Of a stretch of 64,000 bases of DNA, positions 51,319 to 64,000 are shown piece by piece. The notes under the pieces are model-generated. The model ran no database searches, was not told the origin of the DNA, and worked only from the letters and a program-made list of their open reading frames with translations. Source of the DNA: Spongospora subterranea f. sp. subterranea (taxonomy: Eukaryota); assembly GCA_049724395.1 (NCBI GenBank), contig JAUGWO010000001.1, forward strand, positions 1-64,000, in the 5' to 3' direction. The first letter of the stretch is position 1, and each line of letters opens with the position of its first letter. The position numbers and the translations under genes were made by a program.

Positions 51319-54300
51319 ATGGGGGTCTCTTCGTTATGTCAGAGGATTATCTTGTTGACTTTTGCGGCTCTATCGTTTATTGCATCATCTGTCGCTGATA
51401 GCAACGCTTTAACGTGTGAACATGCCCGACTAGTTTGCCAGAATGGTGGATATGTTGCCGATTGTCTGGAGCAAATTGATTCATGTCCGATTGAACCTAC
51501 GAGCAAATGTATCTGCCCTAAAGGTTATATTGGGTCCCAATGTCAATTCATTACCGAGGAATTACGGGACAGTTGTCCTGCTGGAACAGTCTACAGCAAT
51601 GACGCGTTCAGTGTAATTGGCTCCAATGAAATCGAAGGCTACATCCCCTCTGGCATAGGTTGGGTTTAATCGTCTTCCCGAAGTGTGCCTTCCACTTAGT
51701 ACATGAAATTTTCAGATATCCCTCAATTCCTCCATCTTCGGGACCATCGGGCGCGAATTTGTTTCGATACTGGCCAAAAAACCGCATCATTCGAATTGTT
51801 CAGCCGTCCACTAGAAATACTGAGGAACAGATCAGGTCCTACAATTTTCATGTTTGGATTCCACGCCAAGAATTGCCAGATTATAGAAGAAGAAAGTGGG
51901 GACATTCATAAGGTTGTGTATTCGTGCAGTAACAAAACAGTTCGTTCATGTAGAGATAATCCAGCCGATAAGAATGGATGTCCAACGTATTTATTGATAT
52001 TGTGCTTGTTTTGAATGAACCTAACCTTTTCACCTGCTCTAGTACTGCTGTGCGCGGCTTTAATATTTGGGGAGCTGGGAAGTTGCCCATTGAGTTTCAA
52101 TTCTCATACGACAAACAAGGCAACTTGTTAAACATGAAAGTGGTACTTGCCGGCCTACCAGTGATCACCAAGTTAGACAAAGAAGTGGTTTTTGTTGCAG
52201 GTTCATGTATCACACCATATGCATCTGATACCATCATAACAACGCAGAAGAGGACACATGTCGATGAATGTCCAGAGAGTTTTGTTGCTGTTGCAATCGC
52301 TTCCTTGACAATTGTTGCTGGAATGGTGCTGGCTTTGGGAACAGCCGTCGTCCGAGTCAAGACGGAACTCTACAAAACGCCTCCGGTCATCAAAAATTCG
52401 TTTGATAAGACATATTCGGCGTCTTCAATGTCGTCAATGGATCCTCTAGATCATGATATCAAGAAAAGCCCACCTAATCGTGGGATTTTGTGGCAGTCGC
52501 TATCGTATCGCTTACCGAGTTTGTGGATGGCTGGAGGTCGTGGTGTCGAATTATTACACCCATCATCAGGAATATTAACTGGCCCTGAATTGGTTGCACT
52601 TATTGGCCGGTCAGGATGTGGTAAATCAACATTCCTAGATCTTCTTGCAGGTAAACTGGTCTTTTTGACATCCTTGTGCATTCTCAAGTAATATGGTTCG
52701 TATTGTCAGGAGTGCATAAGAAAGGCACAATGTCAGGGCGTATTGGAATGATTGGAGAGGGAACCAATATCGGATATTTGACACAACATGACGTAATGCT
52801 CTCATCCTTAACGGTCTGGGAGACAATATCGTTCGCCGGTAAGACCAGGTTTCCAGCCGATGTTGCTGATGAGGATATCAATGGGCGAATCGCGACCATT
52901 TTGATGGATTTGGGTCTCGAGAATCATGCCCATTCCCTTGTATCTGGTCTGTCTGGTGGAGAAAAGCGTCGCTTAGCATTGGCGGCAGACTTAATATCTC
53001 AGGTAGTCTGATTGGGTTCATATTGATAATTCTTTGCAAATTTATACTCGACTGTCGTTTTGGATGATATAACACACTGTGCAATTTTGGGTTTTTTATG
53101 ATTTTTTGACGTCGCCCATTCATCTCCTGTTCATAAATGATGTGGTTCGTTCTAATGATGCACATTGATTTGCTCAGCCGGATGTGCTTCTACTTGATGA
53201 ACCGACAACTGGATTGGATAGTGCCAATGCCCTATTGGTCGTCAATCTGTTAAGGAATCGAGTGATAATGCAATCTCGTCTTGTGCTCATGACCATCCAT
53301 CAGCCATCATCTGATTTACTTCCTCTTTTCGATCGAGTTATTTTAATGGGTAGTTATGGCCGAATCATTTTCAATGGAACTCCACAAGCCGCGTTGCAGT
53401 TTGTGATTCGACATACTTCAACCGAATTGGCGCCAAGGGATAATCCATTCGAGTTCATCCTGGAGTCGCTTGATGATGGGCCCAATATGGACCGTATGCT
53501 CTCGGAATATGAAATCCATGACATTGCCTTAAATGATTCCATTAACGCCATGATCCCGGCTGTCGAACAATCATCGGATCAGCGGCTCTCTTTTTCTCCC
53601 AGGTATATCTCGTGTTCAATTTTACTTCTGATATGTCGTGTTCAATTTCACTTTCGTCAAATTTCTCACATGTTCTTAGGTTTCCATTTTATGCAAACGT
53701 TCATTTCGGAATTCGGCTCGCGCCACTCATCATCTGCTGCTGTATTACGTTGTCACAGTTGTGGTGGCTCTCGCTCTCGGTTTGACATTCTTCAAACTTG
53801 ATAGACGGTGGTCTGGTGGAATTCTTGCTCGATTTGGATTCTTCAGCTGCTCGAGTTTGTTCTTATCGTTGATCAGTCTAGCGTCGTTGGACCTTCTCTT
53901 GACTGAGCGGATAATTCAGCGTCGCGAATGTCCAACGTCCTACAGTTGTTTGTCGTATATGACAGCGAAACTTCTTACAGACATCGTCCCCTATCGGCTA
54001 ATTCCAGCGATAATATTTTCCTCAATCACTTATGGAATGATTGGTTTACAACCTGTTTTAGTCAAGTTCCTATTATTCACGTCAGTCGTCATATTAGTGT
54101 CTATAGCGGCTGGCGCATCTGTAATGCTCATCAGTTTCCTAACATCAGACTTTCGTTCTGCCAATTTTATCTCAGTTCTGTATTTCCTTTATAACTTCTG
54201 TAATGGATCAACGCTCATGTCTCGAAATGATATTGGTTTTGTGTCCATGATGCAATATTCGTCGTTCTTCAGCTATGCAACTGAAGCTCTTTGCGCTTTG

Positions 54301-54540
54301 GAGTTTGATAAATTGGCGGTCCTTCTTGATTCCCCGTTTTTGGATATTGCGCATCCACTGGAAGGTGATGGTGGCGCATTCCTAGCGACGACGGGAATGA
54401 AGGTGTCTCATCTCAAGTTTGACTTGCTCATGCTCGTTGTTTGTGTTGGCACCATATACATTTTGGCGTTTCTAGCTTTGCGGTTTGATGTGCGAAAGAC
54501 ACGTCACCATCGGCGATATCAAGCGATCCCCAACAATTGA
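51319..54540 (+). CDS. ADP1-like EGF-ABCG half-transporter, paralog 3 (inverted near-copy of paralog 2)
   Basis: Central ORF translations are identical to paralog 2. An apparent -1 indel lies near 53592. Confidence 0.88.
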
Positions 54541-55005
54541 TAGCTGCCCATTAATTTAAGATCAAATATATTTTTCTAATTTCTTTTCACGAACTCGGGT
54601 CCCGCATACTGGCATCAAGCCCACGTTTTTCAGCAATTGCTCTACAATGTTGTCCAAATTGGTCGTGGTAAAATACAACTCATATGAATTCTGTTACCGG
54701 TGGCTTTTTCGAATTTTCAGTACCGCAGCTGGTTGTTCAATGTCACAAAAGACTCTAAAAATAGGCTTGGAGATGTTTTGGGGTACTGCACTGAATCTTC
54801 CATACGATCGCGTTAAAAACAACTAACGATCCGACTTTATAAACTCTCTATTGATTTAAATAAACAACGATTTCGGATCCTTGCGTCAACCAACGCCTGT
54901 CAAGCCTGCATTAAACGTTCTATAGAAAAACCGCCTGGCCGACAGACGGTACTAACTGAACCAACCTAAATCAACGGACGAACAGGTGCTTTTGATCCTA
55001 CGCTC

Positions 55006-55293
55006 TTGCAATCCAGACGAAAAACTAGGGTTGATCTGCGAAGCAACATGCCACTTTTGCGAGCAATCAGTTACAAGCAGCCTGCTGAACTCGATATTAC
55101 TTTAGGAGCCATTCCGCCTGACTGTACAAGTTTACTTCAAATTTCTGATTTGATTGCAAACAAGCCGCTTAAACAGTGCATTGATTTGTATCGTACCGTC
55201 AGCACGATTGGCCAGTCTGTTTGTCAACGGTTGAGTACTAGCGTGAATTATGATTTGATCCAAAAACGGCAGTATGCACAGGCGCCGCTGTGA
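55006..55293 (+). mobile_element. pogo/Fot1-like DDE_1 transposase fragment
   Basis: 'AIPPDCTSLLQISDLIANKPLKQ' matches the 'IPxxxTxxLQPxD...NKPxK' motif. Confidence 0.65.
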
Positions 55294-55893
55294 GTATATA
55301 TTGCCCGCCTTCATTGATGCTCGCTCTCATAGATGACTAAAGTCTTTCCACCCACAAGGTTCAACGATCTTTGCATTCAAGATTCTCTTGACTGCTCCCA
55401 AGGTGCGAATGGGAGTGTTGCGGAAATAGAGACCATCAAGGAACGGGCAATCACATAACACACCTCGCGACACTTGGGGATGTGGTGTCGTCCTTCGACG
55501 GTTGTGCTAAACTCACACTCTATTGGTCTGAACATGTCGCTTACCCGCGGGTAGATTGCACCCCAGAACCCATCAGGATATTGGTATCGGAACAGGGTCA
55601 AGGGATGGCGTTCCATCTACCAATTAAACGGACTTGACCGTGTTTTTTTCGCTGGATGAAATGAAAACCCATCGCGTTTGTTTACCATTTTGCGGCACAG
55701 GGAATGACCATAGTGTCAAGTTTTGCCACAATTTACGTACAGTGAGGCAACTCTTTTGGTGTCGTTAACGATGACACAATGGCATGAATCATCAACATGG
55801 CACACCTAAACGCCGGCGCAACGCAATTGAAAAGCTTGAATAAATCTGATAATCCATCATGTTTTGAATGAATGAGATAATAGTTTACTAGCG

Positions 55894-56337
55894 CTATCGG
55901 GGCAGAACGAACTCGATATCTGGATTATCAATGCAAAGCTCTACCAGTGGCTGCCAATCCGAATCGTTGCCGAGTTTTACAGATTTGTAGAACGCTGGTG
56001 TTGCCGCCTTGTGCTGTTTCAGATGAAACAGGCTAAATGCCAGCAGATGCTGGGCCTCCCGCTGCGTCTTGCTATTACGAAGGCAGTAGCTCAAGGCGTC
56101 AACAACCAAATGATATTCCTTCATTTTATAAAGCCCTCGGCTTGCATATAACCAGCTAAAAGCATCTTTCATTCCTAGGTAAAAATGGTGCCACCACGTG
56201 TGATTCGGCGACTAACCTCTTGGCGTCATTCCGATTCGCTGTAAAAGAACCTGCCTGACATCTCTTGGCCCAGGTGGGTCATGGGCGCCATCCTTGGTTA
56301 CTTCAGTTCCCTCTTCTTTTCCTGAATCGGATTCCAT
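55894..56337 (-). CDS. Small TPR-like protein; exons 56337-56217 and 56174-55894; 133 aa
   Basis: In-frame 42-nt GT-AG intron. Helical repeats include 'EAQHLLAFSLFHLKQHKAATPAFYKSVKLG'. Confidence 0.7.
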
Positions 56338-56980
56338 TTTTTCGGTTTTTTGTTAACCCGATCGAACTTGTGAAGCTAAACGGTACGATGAAACGATCAC
56401 ACGAGTACGGCCGTATTGTGAATTAGTCAATCAGCCTGAGATCGTCTTCAAAAGGTTGCTGTCTCTAGCTTCACAAGTTCCAATTGCACACGTTCAAAGC
56501 ATTGTCCATGTGCCACATATATTTCCAGACACTCAACCGGCTCATGGTGGAATAGTTGCCGAGGTCGAAGGATGAATGGCGCCGGCAAACCGAGGTCGTA
56601 GAAAAAGTAGATAGTGACCGAATGCAGTGATGTTCCCTAATCATTGATTAAATAACAGAAAATTTTGGCACAGACCGGTTTGATTTCCTGAGTCGGTATG
56701 GTCGATATACCCATTGGTACTGGATCGCAGGTCCACCCGTCGGCATCTCTGTCTTCAACGTGAATCAATAGGCGAAGGTGATTCAGTGGCAGACTGACTC
56801 AATGAAATATCAGGGATGTGAGTCAACTGTTCCCAAACTCGTTCTGTTCGCGAGTCCAATGACTCCATCGTGGGTGATATATCACCATCAGATGCTGGTC
56901 TGGTTCATTCAGTTATTCGGTTTATTTTTCTTACACTACTAAGTGAAGCTTTTTCCAACAACTTTATTATACTAAGAAAA

Positions 56981-57364
56981 ATGAAAACTTCGGCGGTTCT
57001 CTTTTCCCTGGCAATGCTATTCGGCGCTCCAAGCATCTCCCTTGCTGGGGATTCTCTCATCGACGTCCAGAACGGGGAAGGTCACGTCGACAACCTCGCT
57101 GAAATGACGGAAGGATTCCCACTTCATCACGGCGACCTAGCTGGATTTCATGGACTGAACCCGCTTCATCACGGCGGTGGTACGCCCATCTTCGTCATGT
57201 GAGATTGTAAACATTGATTATTTGCAGGTCATCACGGCCACGAAGATGGTCACGGAGACGACCACGAAGGATTCCATGATAATCTTGAAGGCTACGAAGG
57301 GTTCCATGCCGTCCAGGATCACCATGAAGATGGCCATCACGGCCACGGGCACGGCCACCTTTAA
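56981..57364 (+). CDS. Small secreted His/Gly-rich protein; exons 56981-57179 and 57228-57364; 111 aa
   Basis: Signal 'MKTSAVLFSLAMLFGAPSISLA'. A 48-nt GT-AG intron joins in frame to 'GHHGHEDGHGDDHEGFH...DGHHGHGHGHL*'. Confidence 0.8.
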
Positions 57365-57648
57365 GAATACGGGGGTAAACAATACTAAAAATATTATCAT
57401 CGACGACAGTTTTCTGTAGATGTATCAACGAGAGCTCCGTTATAAGGAAAGAAGGAACAATAGGATTATAGCGATTGCGATTATTATAGTATTAGAGCTT
57501 GCGGAGAGCGCGAACCAGAGGGTTAACGATCAATCATGAATGGAAAACCTGTATTAAACTATATATAGCACTAAAAACAACAGCGAATGCGGTTGGGTAA
57601 GGAGACGCAGTCGCCTTGAAAGACAATAGCAATGGCAGACTGAGGCGC

Positions 57649-60600
57649 TTATTTGACCGCTTCGATTATCGGATCGTCAACTGATGAACCGGGAAGAGAT
57701 TGCATGCAACTTCGTGCCACGGAATCGAAAAGTCTATGATTATAGCGTGATTAATTGCAATTTTTAAAGGTGACAAAATGTACCTTTCAATTTCGGGTGC
57801 ACAGTGCGTAAATTCATGGTTCCAAAACTTGTATACTGGGTTCTTAATCAGCTCAATGAAGGTAATCAACAAACCCCAAGGATGCGGGCGATGGACAATT
57901 AACCGCTCAAGTAGGACCCTAAATACCGATTGTGAGCGAAATCAGGATTAGAATAGAACGAAAACAAACGTTTTCAGACCTGGTAATCTGCTCCTGAATC
58001 GTATCGATTTTGGCCTCAACGAACAAATACAGCAGGACGCAGCTGAAATAATACGTCTGATTGTTCGGATACCGCAGCTGATTCGTGATGGCGTTCAGGA
58101 AATAATATCGTCCTTCTTCATCCAACTGTGTCACCAGAGTTTCGAAAATCTCCATAGCAGAAGTCACCGCAATATTATCACTCATACCCTGAAAAACAAG
58201 AATCATATGTCGCGTTCAATAAGCTGAAAATCAAAGTCTACCCCGGTCAGTCCTTTTTGTCCAACATAAAGGACAATGGAGTTGATTAGCTGAACATTGT
58301 AAATTGTGCCGGCGCTAGCGATTTCATGTTTCGGGCGCAAAAGTTTAGCGTGAATGTCGGCGAAAAAAGATTCGGAACGATGGCGAAGAGTCATGAATTG
58401 GTCGATCTCGGTCAACAAACCGGCGTGGACCAGTGCAGCACATATATCCGATAGGATTATTGGTGCATCCTTTACATCAGGGAGGCTATCAACCTATTTA
58501 AAAACTTAGAGTATCAATTTGAAACGATACGGCAAAGGTCAAACCTTGAGATTCGGTAAGAACGGGTCGGGCAGACGCATATGTCTTGGGAAGGCTGACA
58601 GAATCACGTTCCGCATTTGAATGCAGGATGGCGGGATAACGTCACAAAAGGAAAAGTGATATGAGCAAAGAAATTCTGGGAAATCGTGAAGAAGAACGAG
58701 CAAAACCCGTAACGTTCCGTTATAGAGTAGACGAATTGGATCTGATAAACATGCAACACGCAGATACACCTAGCAAAATATGGTCAACAACACAGCGCCT
58801 ACTAAGAGCAAAGACATGCCTGCAAAAAAGTGAACAGATCGACGAGGAGCGTTTTAAAAACTTGCATGAGGTTGTGAGTCTTAGACTGTAGCAGCCGTGG
58901 CATAAAAGACCGATGAGAAATTAACTCCAACCAGGACATGCTAAACCCTGGAACAAGATTGGGCCTCACTACGTGGAAAACATGGGCAAACTCCATCAAA
59001 ATCGGCACACTGATCGGATCCAGTTCAGGGTCGTTGGCATTTAAGTCCTATTGAGAGTAAAATGAGTAAAATCATTAAAAAAACACGAGGCAACTTTGAG
59101 GCAACTATTTTTTTTTTATAAACACCAAAGGAAATATTGACATTACCTGTAGAAGATTGACAAAAATCCGAAAAAACGGGCGCTGAGCAAACGCTTCCGG
59201 GTCCTTTTCGTAATCACGAGACAGAAGATCGGCGACAACAGTCAAGAATGTGTTCAAAAGACCGGCCTTAGAGATATATACGGTGCTACTGCTGCCCAAA
59301 ACTTTCACCAAGCAGACAATCAATTTACAAAATCCATCGATGGCACCGTAATGCAATCCAGGCTGAGCACTAGAAGCCGTTAGCGGGTCGACACACCTTT
59401 CGATGGACATCAGGACTATGACCCGACAGAATTCTGCAACGGAAGCTTCCGATTCCAAAACACGCTAGAAACACCAGAACTGTTAGATTCAGCAACCAGA
59501 TCATGACAAATCAACAAACTTGAGATTTGAGAATTGCAAGATATTGATGAAAGGCATCGTCCAATGTTCCTGACTGCGAAGAAGAGGCAGATCGACATCC
59601 ATTTTGAAAACAAAACTTTATACGCTTCCCGAGCGTCAATCGCTGACGTTTCCAGTCCAAGTTCCGTATCGTTCAATGAGGACACAGTCAAAGGTGCACC
59701 CTAATCACAGGTTAGTGACTTTTCAACAAAACTGGCAGAAGCGTGTGCTTTGATATTGGAAATCACTTTCGGGAGAAGTAAAAGCAAAATTAAAAATCAA
59801 TGTGTCGGGGTTTCACCTTGTCATCCGTTTTGAGAGACAGTGCATGTTCGACAGTCTGGATACTTTCGAGGAGAGCCACAATTGTGTCCCGGAGTAAAGG
59901 GTTGACGTTGGCAAGCGGTGCACATACGTGATTAAGAAGTTCAAGCGTCTGAGGAAACTCTGCAGGGGACACTACAAAGCATTACAAATATATATATATA
60001 GCTGCAGAAACATTTCTACCGATTCGTTCATTGCAAATTATCGACTGCATGAGGGCACAAAGTGAAGTGATTCGCGATATAGAAAGAGCAGAAGCAGATG
60101 AAAACTGCCCAGCGTAATGTGCATCTAAACATGAACTCAGTTTGTTGACTAAAATGGAGACACATTCGGACCTAGTTCTGGTGTAAGAATTAAGCCATCC
60201 CGAAGAAGGCCGCGCATCAACGATATAGATAATGTGAAAAGGGTCGGACCAGAACTCTGAGCATCCGCGCTAATACAGCATAAAGTCACTAACTTCGCAC
60301 CGCTCGCAACAGAGTGACATGTAATCTGCACAGACGCCACGATTGAATATCTGATACATTGTCTGCAGGGTGATTTGGTTGGCAATAAAAGAAAACCAAA
60401 TTTGTGAGAATTTCTACGTAAAAAAGTACCACTACAGGAAGTGCAACTGATTTGGGCAACTAGAGTAAATCAGAACAAGGAGGTCACCTTCAAGATAGCA
60501 AGGTAAAGGTCCGAAGATACGGCAGAATTTGTTGGGACGGTATAGAGGGCGAAAATTGTTTTGGTGAAATGTAAGGCGATCTCTTCGTGCTCGATTGTAG

Positions 60601-63600
60601 CCTGTAGCAGACCCTGGACCGATTGAAGAAGAGCCTGGATCTAAAGCGGCGTTTAAGACTGCAAAAATTAGGGATCAATTATAACATTTACATTGCTGTC
60701 ATCGGATAGACTGGATGTTTGCGCTGCGGCAGTCTGAAGCTGCGAGAGTAATTGGCCCAACTGGTCCAATGTGCCCTGGATCGTTGACGACGCAGGGGGT
60801 GACATCAGAGAATGCGCAGGAACACGGGTTAATCCAAACTCGTCGTAAACATTGAGCAGAACGGAAGAAAGACCGGGGCGCGGTCGGAGTGATTCGGGGA
60901 CAGAGGACGGGAATCGCGTTAAACGGCCCTAATGTCGACATCATTTTACGATCGTTACACAATGCAGTTGAAACACTGGAACAAATGGAACGTCATGATG
61001 GATGAAACTGAATATCTACCTGGGAAAACGCAACATCGACGAATGATTGTTTATGCTCTCTGGCTTTGCGTCTGATATCAAATTCCGCCTGCAGAGTATC
61101 GTCAACCTGTCGGATTGCTCTTTCGGATGCGGCCTTTTCAATAATCGAACAGCCGAACTCCAAATTGTCACCAGCAACTGTCAAAACCGCCTAATAAATC
61201 AAAGCCAATAAAAACATTATAAGATACAAAAAACATAATAAAGCAGCACACCTGTTCAGCTTGTGTGTGATCGGCGTTATTTGCAATGAGGAGCGACCTC
61301 AAATGGTTGGAGATGGAAAGCCGAAGCGGTTCCTTACAGGTGACCAGCGCAAGAGAACATGTCAAAGATTGAACCATCTGATGTGCGGCTTTGCGCATGC
61401 GCAAATCGTCGCCTTCCATTTCAAAATCCTAGACGCGTTTAAGGAGAACATCAACGGGTATTTCTTCCAATTCAAATAAATGAATACCTTGCAGATGAGT
61501 TCACGAGTAGTAATACAGGCAATATGAACGCTACGTTCAACAACAGGCGAGATAATTTCGTTGATTGCGCGGTCAACAGCCATGGAGACGCAAGTCTTCA
61601 AACGCGGATTCGTCGCAAACAGGGCCAGTGACGGATTGATGGTAACGTATCCCTGGCCATTTGGTGTCGAGTCGTCGGATGTCTGAAATGAGTTGCGCGA
61701 AGATACAGTCGAACTAGGATGAATGGCGACCGCAGGCCTGGCGGTGAAGCTTGAAGAGGGAATTCCTGCAGCTCCGAGTTCATGCGACTCTTTAGGGTTG
61801 CGAAAATTCTGGTTCAGGGCTTGATTGACGATTGGAAGATAATTCCGAATGGTCACATCTGCAAGACTTCTCCAAGAAATTCAGTGACAAAACCGAATAT
61901 TCACGCAACAAAGATTACGTTATTCCAAGCTTGTTCAAAAGAACTTCAATTTCAAATTTCAGGTTGAGCTTTAAGTCTGCAACGTGGTAAATCTCAGCCA
62001 ATAAGGCAACAACCGACATCAGCCAAGGGTTAGGTGGACGAAAAACGCGGGATTCTGGGCAATGTTCAAGGACTTTGGCAACAAAGGGGACCACAGCGAT
62101 TAACCGTCCTAGAAAATTGTTCACTTAGGATATGAACGATTCCCAAAATTGCCGAACCTTGGTTATATGCGTCAAGAACAATCTGAGTGAACTTTAAATG
62201 CCTCGCCAAAGGCGGAATGTTTTTCTTGATCGTCAGCAGCCCAAGCCATGATCCAAGATTTTTCAGTAACGACCTCTCTTGAGAAAGTGATATGATGGTC
62301 GGAGAATGAATAAGAATGTTGATTGATTCATAAGTGTACAACAAAACAGTTCGATTGAATTCAGGCAACTTCAACTGTGAATCACCGTCAATTCAAATCC
62401 ACAGAGAAATTCTTGATAATTACATGATCCAACAGCAAAATATAGGTTTTCAGAAAATTTGTGTCAGAAGTAACACGCTTCACAACGATGTAATGGGATA
62501 TAGGATGATAGGTCTCGGGACTCAAAAGCTTCCGCAATTCCTCAGCTTTGCTGGCCATGTTGTTGATATCGACATTGTTGATAAGGAACGATAGTTTATC
62601 CGCCAAAGTAGATTCAAGTGATGAAAACAGTGCTATTATGAGGTAAGTACAAGAATAAAAAAAAACGTAATAATACCATATCCTCTTTGTTCAAGAGTGT
62701 TGTCGATATTGACAGACGACGCAACTTTCAGTGCTACATTCGGGGACGCAACAGCGGCAACAGAAGTAGTGGAGTTGGGCGTAGCAGATGCAACGGGATT
62801 GGGGGCTAATGCAATGACGGAGGTGATGGGTAGATCGGCTGAACTGACTGGCAAGGGAAGCACGACGCCGTTTGAGGTTTGTGAACTTACAGCGGCACGA
62901 AGCGACGACATCAGCTCACCCTGAACGGGTATTATGTCAAGATACTAGGAGCTGAACACTTGAGTGAAATTACCTGGTCTTGCAGAGATGCCAACTCAAT
63001 TAAAGATTGAGAAAATTGAGGCCAATCTGACAACCGCACTTTGAATTCGTCAATCGCCCAGAGGCCAAACTGATGCAGTTTGGTCCCCGGGGGGCTCGAC
63101 AGGCCCTCTGATAATAATTGATAAACGGCCGATAAGATAGTTTTCCGATTAGACGCACCATATATATACCGTAACGCCACATCAATTTCGAAGCGGCCGG
63201 TCAATTCGTGTCGTATGAGGGTACCGAATAAAACAGCAGTGACTCTCAACTCCTTATCGGGATACTTCTGAAAGAAGCGATATTCATCGAATAAATTATG
63301 AATCATACACGCGTAAATGTCTTTCTCGCGACGTGTCGACTTGTCTTTCTTGAATGAAATCTAAAATCAGAATTAAAAACAAGCAAAAAAATGTGACCGA
63401 AAAAAATACCAGCATATTGATAACTTCAGCAATAGAAATCTTTCCATCGTATATTTTTTGAAAATACGAATTCGCCTCCTCTTCGATGTTATCTTGAACT
63501 GGAAGATCATTCTGAGGGTGCGGAGATTGCTGAACAAATCTGGAAATTTCTGCAAAACGCAAAGCATTTTCCGATGAAAGAACCGAAGAATTGGACCGAA

Positions 63601-64000
63601 TCGCGGATAGAAACGAAGATACAAGCTCAACGGAGACAGGAACAACGGAGTGCAACTATTGTGAATTGTCAAAACTGCGGTCAATAAACGCATTAGAAAA
63701 ACCTGGGACATCACTGCCTGCGAAAGATAATCCAATACAGCAGAACAAAAATCGTTCCCGTGTTCATCGATTCGGAGTTGAAGCCACTATAAAGTGCAAT
63801 CAAAATCAGGAAACTGAACAAAAATAATAGCGCACCTTATCGAGATTTAAAAATTCTCTTCGAGAGGCAAGGGCCGCAAAATCAATCGCGAACCTGAAAG
63901 GACGCGACTCCAAAATTACAGTCAAAGAGTCTTTGATCTCTTGAGAGAGATCGAGGATGCGTAATAAGAAGGAATAGTCTTCCAAATATATATGGACCAT
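57649..64000 (-). CDS. NOT1: CCR4-NOT scaffold subunit NOT1, many exons, 5' part outside the window
   Basis: '[17 protein letters not shown]', '[13 protein letters not shown]', '[17 protein letters not shown]', '[13 protein letters not shown]', 'FRPPNPWLM', 'PVVERSV', '[11 protein letters not shown]', 'NQLRYPN' and '[14 protein letters not shown]'. Confidence 0.97.

Overview
Intron-rich eukaryotic genomic DNA with many short GT-AG introns. It carries both a centriole/cilium gene (FAM161) and an amoeboid-motility gene (SCAR/WAVE), so I infer a flagellated/amoeboid protist; a plasmodiophorid-like organism is only a guess. Conserved genes: a compact RAD18, a PX-WD40 protein, SCAR/WAVE, FAM161, the DRG1 GTPase, a small TPR protein, the 3' part of NOT1, and tRNA-Ile(AAT). 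Accessory content: three ADP1-like EGF-ABCG half-transporter paralogs (two forming a converted inverted pair), three secreted His/Gly/acid-rich proteins, two minisatellite arrays (35 bp and 25 bp units), and heavy transposon debris (Harbinger, Ty3/Gypsy, two MULEs, mariner, IS630/Tc1-like, pogo, hAT). The most interesting signal is an unnamed ~95-aa Cys/His domain. It occurs three times in tandem in a spliced gene lying between the two minisatellite arrays (2716-5400). It also occurs, frameshifted, in both arms of a 1.13-kb near-perfect palindrome (25856-26985) wedged between two convergent genes, a candidate hairpin-RNA or foldback locus. All exon models were read by eye and no database searches were run.
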